Assembly: GCA_965248195.1 (NCBI GenBank)
Contig: CBDFIQ010000001.1
Location: 896,001 to 960,000, forward strand
Direction: 5' to 3'
DNA: 64,000 nucleotides
Source: Longimicrobiales bacterium
GTDB taxonomy: Bacteria > Gemmatimonadota > Gemmatimonadetes > Longimicrobiales > Gaopeijiaceae
Shown: positions 46,290 through 57,358 of the stretch, in pieces
Layout of the letters: the number at the start of each line of letters is the position of its first letter
Position numbering within the stretch: the stretch's first letter is position 1
Translations under genes and position numbers: made by a program
The notes under the pieces: generated by a model
The model's input: the letters and a program-made list of their open reading frames with translations, nothing else
What the model was told of the DNA's origin: nothing
Databases searched by the model: none

Positions 46290-48335
46290 CTACAACGCCC
46301 CCGCGTTCTGGAGCACACTCACGAAGTCTTCTTCGCTCAGAATCTCAACGCCGAGATCGCGGCCCTTCTGGAGCTTGGACCCGGGGTCCGCCCCGGCCAC
46401 CACGTACGTCGTCTCTCCGCTCACCGAGCCCACGACCCGTCCGCCGTTGTCCTCGATCAAGCGCTTCGCGTCCGGGCGAGAGAAGCGCTCGAGGCCCCCG
46501 GTGAAAACAAACCTCATGCCGGCAAGCCCCTTGCCGCCCGCCTGCTCGGGCGGCAGCAGAGCGTTCATGTAACCGAGGACCGCTGCGATACGCTCACGAT
46601 TTCGTTCGTCGTCGAGGAAGGCCCTGATCTGCGCCGACATGATCGGTCCGATCCCGTCGACCGCTTCGAGTTGCTCGACAGTGGCTTCTTGGATGTTGTC
46701 GAAGGACCGGAATTCCGCCGCGAGCGCCGCCGCGACCGTCGTTCCCACCTCGGGGATCCCGAGACCATAGAGAAAGCGGGCGAGCCCCACCGTCCTCTTT
46801 TCCTCGATCGCTCGGGCGAGGTTCGCCGCAGACGTTTCGGCGAATCCCTCCAGCGGCTCGATGTCCGCCGCCGTGAGCTTGAAAAGATCAGCAAGCTCCT
46901 TTACGAGACCACGATCTACGAGAAGCGTAGCCGTCTCCTCTCCCAACCCCTCGATGTCGAGACCCGCCCTGGATCCGAAGTGGGTGAGTCCTCTCTTGAG
47001 CTGGGCCATACAGCCGAACCGGTTTGGGCAATAGGTGAACGGGCCGTTCTCCTGAACGGGCGTATCGCAGGCGGGGCAGCGCGTCGGCATCTGGAAGACC
47101 GCCGCACGCTTCCGCCCATTCTCCGGTACACGTTCCACGACCTGTGGGATCACGTCGCCGGCACGCTGGACCCGGACGAGGTCCCCTTGGCGGATGTCCT
47201 TCCGAGCGACCTCTTCCCGATTGTGCAGTGAGGCACGCGAGACGGTGACGCCCCCGACCTCGACAGGCCTCAACAGCGCCACGGGTGTGAGCTTCCCAGT
47301 ACGACCCACGGAGACCGCGATCTTCTCGATGCGTGTGATCTCCTTGCGTGGCTCGAATTTGTATGCCAGAGCCCAACGAGGGTGGTGTGAAGTGGCTCCT
47401 AGGTCGGCACGGGCATCCAGGTGGTCGAGTTTGATGACCACGCCGTCAATCTCATAGTCGAGATCGTCCCGATCCGCGGCGAACGCTCCGTGATATTCGA
47501 GAATCTCCTCGACCGTCGCGGCGAGCGTTACGCGCTCCGGCGTCCTGAACCCCCATTCCCGTAGCGCACGCACCGCCTCGGAATCCGAGGTCAACTGCGC
47601 CCCGCGGACCATGAGGATGTCGTACGCCAAAAGGTCGAGCGGCCTCTCGGCGGTCAGGCGGGAGTCGAGTTGTCGAAGGAAGCCGGACGCCGAGTTGCGT
47701 GGGTTCACATAGGGCTCCGAGCCCCGCTCGACCATCCGCTCGTTGAGCGCCTCGAACGCCGAGAGAGACATGAGTACCTCCCCCCGAACGGCCAGCAGCT
47801 CCGGCGCCGGCCGGTCGGCTTCGCGAAGTCGCAAGGGAAGGCTCGGAATGGTTCTTATGTTCTCGGTGACCACCTCCCCGACGCGGCCATTTCCGCGGGT
47901 CACGGCCCGTGAGAACAGTCCTTCCTCATACACGAGCTCGATGGATGCACCATCCAGCTTCGGCTCGAGTACGTATCGGGGCTCGTCATCGAGCGCCTTT
48001 CGCACACGTTCGTCGAAGCGTTGCACCTCGGCGGGATCCTGGGTCGAATCCAACGACAGCATCGGAACGGTGTGCTCCGCGTTGGGAAACGCACTTTGAG
48101 GCTCCGCACCCACGCGCTGGGTCGGGGAATCCACGGTGATCAGGTCGGGGTGGAAGGCCTCCAGGGCCTGAAGCTCGACGAAGATCCGATCGTACTCCCG
48201 ATCGTCGATCTCCGGACGCGACTCCACGTGATACAGGTAGGAATGCCGTCGAAGCTCGCCACGCATCCGCTCCAGGCGTCGAGCCACATCCTCCGCGTCT
48301 GCATCGTCGGGCCTGTCCGGCCGTTTCGTGGTCAA
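46290..48335 (-). CDS. ligA: NAD-dependent DNA ligase
   Basis: EPKLDG, TRGNG, DGVVIK, RAGDVIP, Zn finger, BRCT. Confidence 0.97.
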   Translation of the reverse strand: MTTKRPDRPDDADAEDVARRLERMRGELRRHSYLYHVESRPEIDDREYDRIFVELQALEAFHPDLITVDSPTQRVGAEPQSAFPNAEHTVPMLSLDSTQDPAEVQRFDERVRKALDDEPRYVLEPKLDGASIELVYEEGLFSRAVTRGNGRVGEVVTENIRTIPSLPLRLREADRPAPELLAVRGEVLMSLSAFEALNERMVERGSEPYVNPRNSASGFLRQLDSRLTAERPLDLLAYDILMVRGAQLTSDSEAVRALREWGFRTPERVTLAATVEEILEYHGAFAADRDDLDYEIDGVVIKLDHLDARADLGATSHHPRWALAYKFEPRKEITRIEKIAVSVGRTGKLTPVALLRPVEVGGVTVSRASLHNREEVARKDIRQGDLVRVQRAGDVIPQVVERVPENGRKRAAVFQMPTRCPACDTPVQENGPFTYCPNRFGCMAQLKRGLTHFGSRAGLDIEGLGEETATLLVDRGLVKELADLFKLTAADIEPLEGFAETSAANLARAIEEKRTVGLARFLYGLGIPEVGTTVAAALAAEFRSFDNIQEATVEQLEAVDGIGPIMSAQIRAFLDDERNRERIAAVLGYMNALLPPEQAGGKGLAGMRFVFTGGLERFSRPDAKRLIEDNGGRVVGSVSGETTYVVAGADPGSKLQKGRDLGVEILSEEDFVSVLQNAGAL

Positions 48336-48499
48336 GGAAGCTCCATTTACGCTCTCTCAGGACACCCCGAACGTGGTTTGAGCCTTGTAACGTGGCGAAT
48401 GGAAGCGGACCCGTACAGCCCTGGCGAGGGCCGATGCGGGACCGTATATCAGGGTTTCCGCGCCCCCTCTCAGACGGTTTCAGAAATGATGATCGGGAC

Positions 48500-49687
48500 A
48501 TGACGCCCCTCGATATCGATCGGCTCCGGGCCGAAACGCCGGGCACGCGAACCGTAAATCATCTGAACAACGCCGGGGCGAGCCTCGTGCCCGATCCCGT
48601 GCGAAAGATCGTTCTCGAGCACCTGGATCTCGAGGCGCGAATCGGGGGCTACGAGGCCGAAGCCGCTCGCCATTCGGAGCTCCAGTCCGTCTATGACTCG
48701 GTAGGCACGCTCATCGGAGCCGATCCCCAGAACGTGGCGATCACCGATAACGCGACGGGGGCCTTCATCCAAGCGCTCTCCGCCGTTCCGTTCGCCCCGG
48801 GCGACGTCGTTCTCACCACGCGGAACGATTATGTGTCCAACCAGATCATGTTCCTCTCGCTCGCCTCGCGTTTTGGTATCGAGGTCGTGCGAGCGCCGGA
48901 CGAGCCCGCCGGCGGAGTAAACGTACGGGCCCTCGAAAAGCTCGCCCACAGGCGGCGGCCCAAGCTCATCTCCGTCACGCAGGTTCCGATGACTTCGGGC
49001 CTCGTTCAGCCCGTTGCCGAAATCGGCGCCATCTGCCGCGAACGCGAGATCCTCTACCTGGTCGACGCGTGTCAGTCGGTTGGCCAGATGCCCATCGATG
49101 TCCAAGACATCGGGTGCGACTTCTTGACTGCGACGTCACGCAAGTTTCTGCGCGGGCCGCGCGGCGTCGGTTTCCTGTATGTCTCCGACCGTGCTCTCGA
49201 GCTTGGGCTGGAGCCGCTCTTTCCCGACCTCCGAGGGGCCGACTGGATCGAAGGAGATCTCTACCAACCCGTTCCCGGCGCCCAGCGCTTCGAGAACTTC
49301 GAGGCGCCGGTGGCAATGGTACTGGGCATGGGACGCGCGGCCCAATACGCACAGGATCTGGGCCTCGAGGTAATTCGGGAGCGTGCCTGGACCCTCGCCG
49401 AATCGATGCGGGAACGTCTCGCCGAGTTGGATGGTGTGCGCGTTCACGACAAGGGGGCGGAGCGTTGCGCAATCGTGACGGTGTCCACCGAGGGACACCA
49501 TCCCCTGGACCTTCTGCGCGCACTCAGAAAGGAGGGCATCAATACGTCACGCGCCGGGCGAGACGCAGCCGTCCTCGACTTCGAGGACAAGGGTGTGGAC
49601 CAGGTGCTCCGGATTTCGCCCCACTACTACAACACGGACGAGGAGATCGTCACTTTCGTCGACGCGCTGTCGCGCCTCATGAGCTGA
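48500..49687 (+). CDS. Class V PLP enzyme (cysteine desulfurase/lyase-like)
   Basis: HLNNAGAS, DACQSVG, TSRKFLRGPRG, RISPHYYN. Confidence 0.88.
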   Translation: MTPLDIDRLRAETPGTRTVNHLNNAGASLVPDPVRKIVLEHLDLEARIGGYEAEAARHSELQSVYDSVGTLIGADPQNVAITDNATGAFIQALSAVPFAPGDVVLTTRNDYVSNQIMFLSLASRFGIEVVRAPDEPAGGVNVRALEKLAHRRRPKLISVTQVPMTSGLVQPVAEIGAICREREILYLVDACQSVGQMPIDVQDIGCDFLTATSRKFLRGPRGVGFLYVSDRALELGLEPLFPDLRGADWIEGDLYQPVPGAQRFENFEAPVAMVLGMGRAAQYAQDLGLEVIRERAWTLAESMRERLAELDGVRVHDKGAERCAIVTVSTEGHHPLDLLRALRKEGINTSRAGRDAAVLDFEDKGVDQVLRISPHYYNTDEEIVTFVDALSRLMS

Positions 49688-49743
49688 GGATGAAGGTAAT
49701 TTGACTGGCCGTCGTACGCATTCAGGCAAGGAGCGAAAAGGCG

Positions 49744-50301
49744 TTGCAACCGGAGGTCGAACGCGAAGTGGTCCGAATGTCCAAGTCGGGGGACACTCGA
49801 TCGTATGAGCCCTTAGTGCGAGCCTATGAGGGCCCGGGGCTCCGCCTGGCCGTGGGTATGCTCGGCAGCCTCGACGAGGCGAGGGACGCGCTACAGGATG
49901 CGTTCATCAAAGCATGGGAATCCCTTCACCGGTTCGACCTCAAGCGACCGTTCGGCCCCTGGTTCTTTCAAATTTTGCGTAATCAGTGGCGTGACGTGAT
50001 CCGAAGCCACCAATCGCACGAACGTCACGAGGTGCGCGACGAGCAGATCGAGATCCGCCCCGCCGGATCCTCTACCGATCCGGCTCGACTCCATGAGCGA
50101 AGTGAGGCCAGCCTGATTCTCTGGGGGGCACTCAACGCCCTAGCCGATGATCATCGCGAAATCCTGGTTCTCAAAGAGCTTCAGGGGTTTCGCTACTCCG
50201 AGATCGCCGACATCCTGGAGGGCACCGTGGCCAGTCGTCTCTATCATGCACGCGACGCTCTCCGTGAGGCACTGGTCGCGACGAACGCGGAGTACCCGTG
50301 A
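49744..50301 (+). CDS. ECF sigma factor with a probable 3-residue deletion in region 4.2
   Basis: DALQDAFIKAW, FGPWFFQI.RN, YSEIADILE^GTVASRL. Confidence 0.85.
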   Translation: MQPEVEREVVRMSKSGDTRSYEPLVRAYEGPGLRLAVGMLGSLDEARDALQDAFIKAWESLHRFDLKRPFGPWFFQILRNQWRDVIRSHQSHERHEVRDEQIEIRPAGSSTDPARLHERSEASLILWGALNALADDHREILVLKELQGFRYSEIADILEGTVASRLYHARDALREALVATNAEYP

Positions 50302-50332
50302 CCCCCACGGATGCCCCGAGGAGGAAAGTGTA

Positions 50333-50755
50333 ATGAGTGAGCGAATGAGCCACGCAGGCCTCATGCGTTATCTCGACGGAGAGGCGGCCCCCGAGGAGCG
50401 GGCTCGAATCGATGCCGCGCTGGCGGACTCGACCGAGCTCCGGAGAGACCTCACGATTTTTCGAACCATGAAGAGTGATCTACAAGCCATGACCTTCGGT
50501 CTCGCCAACGATCACTCGGTATGGGGCGTGGTACACCGGCGCATTACGCGGCCGCTCGGATGGATTCTGCTCTCGGTTGGGTTCCTGTCTTGGATCCTGT
50601 ACGGATCCTACCTTTACCTCGTTTCCGCGATCGACCTCTGGGAAAAGCTTGCGACCTCCGCGATCGGCCTGGGGATTCTCTTTCTCTTGGGGACCGTCAT
50701 CTACGAGCGGCGCAAGGAGTGGCTCACGGACCCCTACCGAAGCGTCTACCGATGA
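50333..50755 (+). CDS. Putative membrane anti-sigma factor
   Basis: LMRYLDGE N-terminal anti-sigma-like helix, two TM helices, directly after the ECF sigma. Confidence 0.7.
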   Translation: MSERMSHAGLMRYLDGEAAPEERARIDAALADSTELRRDLTIFRTMKSDLQAMTFGLANDHSVWGVVHRRITRPLGWILLSVGFLSWILYGSYLYLVSAIDLWEKLATSAIGLGILFLLGTVIYERRKEWLTDPYRSVYR

Positions 50756-51075
50756 TCGTTGTGACCACAGCTGAAATCTCGGGCAAACGCATCGTGCGTA
50801 CGCTGGGGCTCGTTAGAGGGAATACGATCCGTGCGCGCCACCTGGGGAAGGATATCTTGGCGATCCTTCGTAATGTGGCCGGGGGCGAGATCCACGAGTA
50901 TACGAAGATGCTCGCCGAAGCCCGTGAACAGGCGATCGACCGCCTCCTCGAAGACGCCGAGCGGTTGGGTGCAAACGCGGTGGTCTGCATGCGCTTCCAG
51001 ACGTCCATGATTCAGTCCGGCGCCGCGGAAATGCTCTGCTACGGCACCGCGGTAATCGTCGAACCCGACGGCTGA
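50752..51075 (+). CDS. YbjQ/UPF0145 family protein
   Basis: LGLVRG, GGEIHEYTKML, LGANAVV, YGTAV. Confidence 0.92.
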   Translation: MIVVTTAEISGKRIVRTLGLVRGNTIRARHLGKDILAILRNVAGGEIHEYTKMLAEAREQAIDRLLEDAERLGANAVVCMRFQTSMIQSGAAEMLCYGTAVIVEPDG

Positions 51076-51944
51076 GGCCCTGCAAGCGCCGCGCGAGTCG
51101 CCCGATATCCCTCCTCGATGAAGAAGTGGCGCCTGCTGAAGTCGAACCCGTCGGTGTCTTCGAAGTCCGGTTGCACGTACGTGAGTGGAACGCCGGTCCA
51201 GTTCCGTACCGACTCCCTTTTCATGTGGCCGGCCATGATGGAGAAGATCCTCTGATGAACGTCGACCAGGCCCCCGTCCACCACGGTCCGAGCGTCGGCC
51301 TGCGGGCCGGCGCCGACATCGATCGCAATGATCCGGGTGGCGCCCAGCTCGGCGGCTTTCCCGAGAGGGAGCATTTCCAAAGCGCCCCCATCGACGAGCA
51401 TTCGCCCCCCTACCTCGGCGGGAGGGAAAAGAACCGGTAGCGCCGCCGATGCATAAACAGAATCGACGAGGGTCACGTCCATGTCGCCCCCGTGACCGAA
51501 CCAGACCATCTCGCCCGACGCCAAGTCCACCGCGTTCACGATCAGCGGGAGGGTCAGCTCACGCCAATGCTCGGTCGGGAGAAGGTCCCGGATGAACTGC
51601 CGGAGCGTGTCACCCCGGAACATGCTCGGGGATCGAATCCCGTTAACCCATAAAACGCGGCGGTTTACTCTCATGACGTCGCGTCGCCGGAAGCGTCGGG
51701 AGCGCTCCTCCATTTCCTCGACGGTTCGCCCCCCGGCAAGGGCGGCCCCCATCATCGCCCCGGTACTGGTACCGACGATCCCGGCCACGGGAATCTCAGC
51801 CTCCTGGATCGCCCTCCAAGCCCCAACATGCGCGAACCCCTTGGCCGCGCCACCACCCATGATGACCCAGGTTTGAGAATCGAGCCCCGGACCGTTCCCA
51901 GACAGCGGGTTAGAGTCCCTCACGCCCTCGGACCATCCATGCAA
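51039..51944 (-). CDS. Patatin-like phospholipase
   Basis: GGGAAKG, GTSTG, DGG. Confidence 0.9.
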   Translation of the reverse strand: MHGWSEGVRDSNPLSGNGPGLDSQTWVIMGGGAAKGFAHVGAWRAIQEAEIPVAGIVGTSTGAMMGAALAGGRTVEEMEERSRRFRRRDVMRVNRRVLWVNGIRSPSMFRGDTLRQFIRDLLPTEHWRELTLPLIVNAVDLASGEMVWFGHGGDMDVTLVDSVYASAALPVLFPPAEVGGRMLVDGGALEMLPLGKAAELGATRIIAIDVGAGPQADARTVVDGGLVDVHQRIFSIMAGHMKRESVRNWTGVPLTYVQPDFEDTDGFDFSRRHFFIEEGYRATRAALAGPQPSGSTITAVP

Positions 51945-51955
51945 TCGTTCCTCGC

Positions 51956-52008
51956 TTGACGGTATGTTACCGCCATTCTAGCTTTGTTCTAAATGAGAAT
52001 CATTCTTA
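51956..52008 (+). promoter_or_regulatory. suf promoter TTGACG-N17-TAGCTT with Fur-family box TGAGAAT-C-ATTCTTA
   Basis: 7-1-7 inverted repeat at 51994-52008 resembles the TGATAAT-n-ATTATCA consensus and lies just downstream of the -10. Confidence 0.7.
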
Positions 52009-52039
52009 ATAAGGTCTCTTACAGCAGCTTTCTTTTCCC

Positions 52040-52819
52040 ATGAGCGACACTCATATCCTTACGATTACTGACCTTCATGCCAAGGTTTCGGACGAAGACC
52101 TCAACATCCTGAACGGTGTGGATCTCGAGCTCCGACCCGGTGAAATCCATGCCATCATGGGACCCAATGGCTCAGGAAAGAGCACCCTCGCCAAGGTGTT
52201 GGCGGGCCATCCCGGCTACGAGGTCACGGCCGGTGAGGTCGTCTTCGACGGCCGCTCCCTCCTCGATCTGGAGCCCAATGAGCGTGCTCTCGCCGGATTG
52301 TTCATGGCGTTCCAATATCCTACCGAGATTCCGGGCGTGTCCATCGCGAATTTCTTGAGGACCGCGCTACAGGCCCGGCTCGAGGAGGGCGAAGAGGTGG
52401 ATCTCTTCGACTTCCAAGACGAGCTCATGGACCGGATGAAGCTGCTCGACATGGAGCCGTCGTTCGCCGAGCGGCCCGTGAACGACGGATTCAGTGGCGG
52501 TGAGAAGAAGCGCAACGAGATTCTCCAGATGGCCGTGCTTCGCCCGTCGCTCGCGCTCATGGACGAAACGGACTCGGGACTCGACATCGACGCCCTCAAG
52601 ATCGTGGCCAACGGCGTGAACACGCTGCGGGGGGAAAATCCGAAGATGACGATCCTCCTTATCACGCACTACCAGCGCCTGCTCAACCACATCACGCCTG
52701 ACGTGGTTCACGTGATGGTCGACGGGCGTATCGTCCGATCCGGCGGACCCGAAGTGGCGCTAGATTTGGAGGAGCAGGGATACGCGGACTGGAAGGGCCA
52801 GGAGGTGGTGACCGCATAG
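52040..52819 (+). CDS. sufC: Fe-S assembly ATPase SufC
   Basis: [31 protein letters not shown]. Confidence 0.97.
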   Translation: MSDTHILTITDLHAKVSDEDLNILNGVDLELRPGEIHAIMGPNGSGKSTLAKVLAGHPGYEVTAGEVVFDGRSLLDLEPNERALAGLFMAFQYPTEIPGVSIANFLRTALQARLEEGEEVDLFDFQDELMDRMKLLDMEPSFAERPVNDGFSGGEKKRNEILQMAVLRPSLALMDETDSGLDIDALKIVANGVNTLRGENPKMTILLITHYQRLLNHITPDVVHVMVDGRIVRSGGPEVALDLEEQGYADWKGQEVVTA

Positions 52820-52885
52820 CGGACGTCAGCTCGAGATAGATGGAATCCTCGAGTCGCCCGCCGACTTCAGCAGGGATAGAGAACC

Positions 52886-54301
52886 ATGCCAGAAAATGAG
52901 CTCGTCGAAGGACTCGGTCTCGACGAATACCAGTACGGGTTCGTCGATGAAGAGGCGCACGTCTTCCGGACCAGGCCCGGCCTGGACGAGGACATCGTCC
53001 GACAGATTTCGAAGCACAAGGAAGAGCCCGAGTGGATGCTCGAGTTCCGTCTGAAGGCTCTGAAGGTCTACGAGTCGAAGCCGATGCCGACGTGGGGTGG
53101 GGACCTCTCGGATCTCGAGGCGACGCTCGATGAGATCTACTTCTATGTGAAGCCACAGGACCAGATGGAGCGCTCCTGGGACGACGTCCCCGAGAACATC
53201 AAGAACACGTTCGAGAAGTTGGGCATCCCTGAGGCAGAGCAGAAGCTCCTGGCCGGAGTCGGAGCGCAATACGAGTCCGAGATGGTATACCACTCCCTCA
53301 AGGAGGAGTGGGCTTCCAAGGGCGTGATCTTCGATTCGATCGAAGACGGCCTCAAGAACCATCCAGAGCTCTTCCGGGAGCATTTCGCGACCGTCATCCC
53401 CATTGCGGACAACAAGTTCTCGGCGCTCAACTCGGCGGTCTGGTCGGGGGGGTCGTTCGTCTATGTGCCGAAGGGCGTAACGCTCGAGACGCCGCTACAG
53501 GCGTATTTCCGGGTCAACCAGGAGCGTATGGGACAGTTCGAGCGCACGCTGATCATCATGGATGAGGGCGCTCAGGCTCACTACATCGAGGGATGCACGG
53601 CGCCGGTCTACTCCACCGACTCGTTCCACTCCGGCGTGATCGAGATCGTCCTGAAGAGGGACGCGAGATTCCGGTACACGACCATTCAGAACTGGTCGAA
53701 CAACATGTACAACCTCGTGACTCAACGCGCCGTGGTGAACCAAAACGCGAACATGGAGTGGCTCGACGGCAACCTCGGCTCGAAGCTCACGATGAAGTAT
53801 CCGTCGTGCTACCTCGTGGGTGAGGGAGCCCACGGAGAAATCATGTCCATCGCTTATGCCAGCGACGGCCAACACCAGGACACCGGGGGCAAGGTGGTTC
53901 ATGTGGCCCCGAACACCACGTCATCGATCATCTCGAAGTCGATCTCGAAGGGCAATGGCCGGTCCACGTATCGCGGCCTTTGCAAGGTCTACGAGGGTGC
54001 GGTCAACGCGCGGTCCAACGTCGAGTGTGATGCGCTTCTCATCAACGATACCTCGCGCACGGATACCTATCCGTATATCGAGATCGAAGAGAAGAACGCG
54101 TCGGTGGGACACGAGGCGACCGTCTCCAGGGTGGGCGACGCGCAGCTCTTCTACCTCATGAGCCGCGGGCTGACGCAAGAGGAGGCCATGGCGCTCATCG
54201 TGCGCGGATTCATCGAGCCGATCGCCAAAGAGCTTCCGCTGGAGTACGCCGTCGAGCTCAACCGGCTCATCGAGCTCGAAATGGAGGGATCGGTCGGCTG
54301 A
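52886..54301 (+). CDS. sufB: Fe-S assembly protein SufB
   Basis: [34 protein letters not shown]. Confidence 0.97.
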   Translation: MPENELVEGLGLDEYQYGFVDEEAHVFRTRPGLDEDIVRQISKHKEEPEWMLEFRLKALKVYESKPMPTWGGDLSDLEATLDEIYFYVKPQDQMERSWDDVPENIKNTFEKLGIPEAEQKLLAGVGAQYESEMVYHSLKEEWASKGVIFDSIEDGLKNHPELFREHFATVIPIADNKFSALNSAVWSGGSFVYVPKGVTLETPLQAYFRVNQERMGQFERTLIIMDEGAQAHYIEGCTAPVYSTDSFHSGVIEIVLKRDARFRYTTIQNWSNNMYNLVTQRAVVNQNANMEWLDGNLGSKLTMKYPSCYLVGEGAHGEIMSIAYASDGQHQDTGGKVVHVAPNTTSSIISKSISKGNGRSTYRGLCKVYEGAVNARSNVECDALLINDTSRTDTYPYIEIEEKNASVGHEATVSRVGDAQLFYLMSRGLTQEEAMALIVRGFIEPIAKELPLEYAVELNRLIELEMEGSVG

Positions 54302-55695
54302 TGTCCAACCCTGCTCAAGCAGTGGAGGCGTCGAGCGCGGAGGAGGGGTCGAGCGCGGAAGCGGGGTCGAGCGCGGAGGAAGAGGCTCCGAGCTCCCTGG
54401 ACGAGGGCACGGTGGAGACCATCAGCCAGGGTGCCCCATCGTGGTTGAGCGAGCGCCGACGACACGCCTGGTCGGTGTTCGAAAGCACCCCCCTTCCGAG
54501 CACGCGGTCGGAGGAGTGGCGGTACACCGATGTCTCCCGCGTGGTGAACTTCGCCGACCTTCGGCTCGCGACGCGTGCGGCCTTGGCCGAAAATGGCTCC
54601 CGCCCCGCCGGGCTCGCGGCTGCCATGGACGAGGACCGTGCCGCTTCCGGCCACACTCTGCTGATCGACGGAGGGGTCGTGCACGTCGACCTCGAACCCG
54701 CCCTGGTAGAGCAGGGGGTCATCTTGACCTCCCTGAAGTCGGCCGTGCACGAACACGGGGACCTCCTCGAAGAGTTGCTGGCAACTGAGGTCGTGCCGCC
54801 CGAGGACGGCAAGTTCCAGGCGCTCAACGCAGCGCTTTGGACCGACGGGGTGCTCCTCTACGTTCCCCCGAACGTGAAGCTCGACCTTCCGATCCGAGCC
54901 ACGCGGTGGCTCTCGGACGCCGGTTCCGCGGTCTGCACTCGCACCCTGATCGTGGCAGAACCGGGAAGCCGGGTCTCGTACGTCGAGGAGTTGCTTTCCG
55001 AGGACTTCGAGCGGCGCACGCTCGTTTCGTCCGCCGTCGAGGTCATCGCGCGGGACGGATCCCAGGTTCAATACGTTTCGATTCAACGGCTCGGGCGGGG
55101 CGCCTTCTGTCAATCGGCACAACGCACGCTCGCCTATCGGGACTCCAGGCTCGACACGCTCAACGTAAATCTCGGCGGCTCGGTCAGCCGCCTCGACCTC
55201 AACGCTCGGCTTCTCGGGCCAGGCGCGCATAGCGACATGCTCGGACTCTACTTCGGGGACGAAGACCAGCACTTCGACCACAACACCAGCCAGGACCACA
55301 TCGCGCCCGACACCGGAAGCGACCTCCTCTACAAGGGGGCGCTAGATGAACGCTCCCGGGCGGCGTTCCGGGGCATCATCCGGGTACATCCCGGCGCTCA
55401 GGGGACGGACGCGTACCAGACCAACCGGAACCTGTTGCTTTCAGGCGAAGCCCGAGCCGACTCGCTGCCGAACCTCGAAATCGAGGCTGACGACGTAAAG
55501 TGCTCGCACGGTGCGTCGGTCGGCCAGCTCGATTCCGAAACGCTCTTCTATCTTCTTAGCCGAGGGCTGAACCTGCAGCAGGCGGAGCGTCTGGTCGTTT
55601 TGGGCTTTCTCGGCGACGTCATGGCCCGACTGCCGCTCGGCGGGGTGGTCGAGAAGGTGACGCGCGCGATCGAGCGCAAGCTCAAACATGTCTGA
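54301..55695 (+). CDS. sufD: Fe-S assembly protein SufD
   Basis: EEWRYTD, PNLEIEADDVKCSHGA, FYLLSRG. Confidence 0.95.
   Translation: MSNPAQAVEASSAEEGSSAEAGSSAEEEAPSSLDEGTVETISQGAPSWLSERRRHAWSVFESTPLPSTRSEEWRYTDVSRVVNFADLRLATRAALAENGSRPAGLAAAMDEDRAASGHTLLIDGGVVHVDLEPALVEQGVILTSLKSAVHEHGDLLEELLATEVVPPEDGKFQALNAALWTDGVLLYVPPNVKLDLPIRATRWLSDAGSAVCTRTLIVAEPGSRVSYVEELLSEDFERRTLVSSAVEVIARDGSQVQYVSIQRLGRGAFCQSAQRTLAYRDSRLDTLNVNLGGSVSRLDLNARLLGPGAHSDMLGLYFGDEDQHFDHNTSQDHIAPDTGSDLLYKGALDERSRAAFRGIIRVHPGAQGTDAYQTNRNLLLSGEARADSLPNLEIEADDVKCSHGASVGQLDSETLFYLLSRGLNLQQAERLVVLGFLGDVMARLPLGGVVEKVTRAIERKLKHV
54330..54383 (+). repeat. Three 18-bp in-frame tandem units in the sufD N-terminus
   Basis: gtcgagcgcgga core; encodes SSAEEG SSAEAG SSAEEE. 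Confidence 0.8.
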
Positions 55696-56017
55696 TGAAG
55701 GGGAGGGCAGCGGTGAGTGGGTCAAGGTCGCGGACCTCGGTGAGTGCCCACCGGGCAGCCTCCTGGACATCGAGGCCGGAGGGGAAACGATCGTCCTGGC
55801 CAACCTGGACGGCGATCTTTACGCCCTCCAGAATCGTTGCTCACATCAGGATCTACCGCTCTCGGACGGAGAGCTGGACGGTGATCAATTGGAGTGCTTG
55901 TACCACGGAGCCAGGTTCGACGTGTGCACCGGTAACGCCATGGGGCTTCCGGCCATCAAGCCCGTAGAAACGTACGCCGTGCAACTACGCGGCCAAGAAA
56001 TCTACGTCCAGGTCTAG
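55688..56017 (+). CDS. Rieske-type ferredoxin
   Basis: CSH...CLYH motifs. Confidence 0.92.
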   Translation: MSDEGEGSGEWVKVADLGECPPGSLLDIEAGGETIVLANLDGDLYALQNRCSHQDLPLSDGELDGDQLECLYHGARFDVCTGNAMGLPAIKPVETYAVQLRGQEIYVQV

Positions 56018-56047
56018 TGTGGTCTGCTAAAAGAGGGCTGAACTGAC

Positions 56048-57295
56048 ATGCCTGTTACGTCTTCGCGACTCGATCGGACGGCCTTGAGGGCTCAGTTCCC
56101 GGCTCTGGCCCAGGAGGTCGGCGGGCATCCACTCGTCTACCTGGACAACGCTGCCACCTCGCAGAAGCCCCAATACGTGCTGGACGCCCTCACGGCGTAC
56201 TACGAGCAGGACAACGCCAACGTGCACCGGGGCATCCACGAGCTGAGCCGTCGAGCCACCGTCGCTTTCGAAGACGCACGGGTAAAGCTGGCGAAGTTTA
56301 TCGGAGCGGCGGATTCGGCCGAGTTGGTGTGGGCCCGGGGCACCACCGAGGCCATCAATCTGGTGGCCAGTAGTTGGGGGCTGGACACGCTCGGTGAGGG
56401 CGACGAGATCCTCTTGAGCTCCATGGAGCATCACTCCAACATCATCCCGTGGCAGTTGGTGGCCCGCCGTACAGGCGCTCGCCTTCGGTACATCGAGATG
56501 GACGAGCAAGGTCGTCTGATGCTCGACGGTCTTCCTGAGCTTCTTACGGATCGCACTCGCATGGTCGCCGTCTCCCACATCTCGAACGCGTTGGGCACGG
56601 TCAATCCGGTACGTGAGATCGCCGACCTGGCCAAAAGGGTCGGGGCGCTCGTGCTCGTCGACGGCGCTCAAGCGGTGCCCCACCGGCGGGTCGATGTGCA
56701 GGAGCTCGGCTGCGACTTCTACGCGTTCTCGGGGCACAAGATGTGTGGGCCCACAGGATCGGGCGGATTGTGGGCCCGCCGCGAGCTCCTCGAGTCGATG
56801 CCGCCGTACCAGGGGGGCGGCGAGATGATTCGCACCGTCGGCCGCGAGGAAAGCACCTGGGCCGAGATCCCACACAAGTTCGAGGCCGGCACACCGAACA
56901 TCGCGGGAGCCATCGCCCTGGGGGCGGCCGCGGACTTCCTCGACGAGGTCGGCTTCGACGCCATTGCCGAGCACGAAAGAGAGCTGCTCGCCTACGCTCT
57001 CGAAAGACTCGACGCTCTGGGTGGCGTGCAAGTCTATGGGCCCACCGATTTGCACGAACGGTCCGGCGTCATCTCCTTCACCATGGGAGACGCCCACCCT
57101 CACGATATCTCGACCATCCTCGACACCGAAGGGATCGCCATCCGCGCCGGCCATCACTGCGCTCAACTCGTCATGCAGCACTTCGGGATCTCGGCCACCG
57201 CGCGCGCGAGCTTCTATCTCTACAACTCCACCGAAGACGTGGACCGCCTGATCGAGGGGCTCGCGTCCGTCAAGGAGATTTTCGGACCGGCCTGA
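56048..57295 (+). CDS. sufS: Cysteine desulfurase SufS
   Basis: YLDNAATSQKP, SGHKM, RAGHHCA. Confidence 0.96.
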   Translation: MPVTSSRLDRTALRAQFPALAQEVGGHPLVYLDNAATSQKPQYVLDALTAYYEQDNANVHRGIHELSRRATVAFEDARVKLAKFIGAADSAELVWARGTTEAINLVASSWGLDTLGEGDEILLSSMEHHSNIIPWQLVARRTGARLRYIEMDEQGRLMLDGLPELLTDRTRMVAVSHISNALGTVNPVREIADLAKRVGALVLVDGAQAVPHRRVDVQELGCDFYAFSGHKMCGPTGSGGLWARRELLESMPPYQGGGEMIRTVGREESTWAEIPHKFEAGTPNIAGAIALGAAADFLDEVGFDAIAEHERELLAYALERLDALGGVQVYGPTDLHERSGVISFTMGDAHPHDISTILDTEGIAIRAGHHCAQLVMQHFGISATARASFYLYNSTEDVDRLIEGLASVKEIFGPA

Positions 57296-57358
57296 AGGCG
57301 CCAAAGGGCTCGAGGCCGTATACTACCTGCGCTTGGCCCCCCCTTTCGTGGCGGACGC

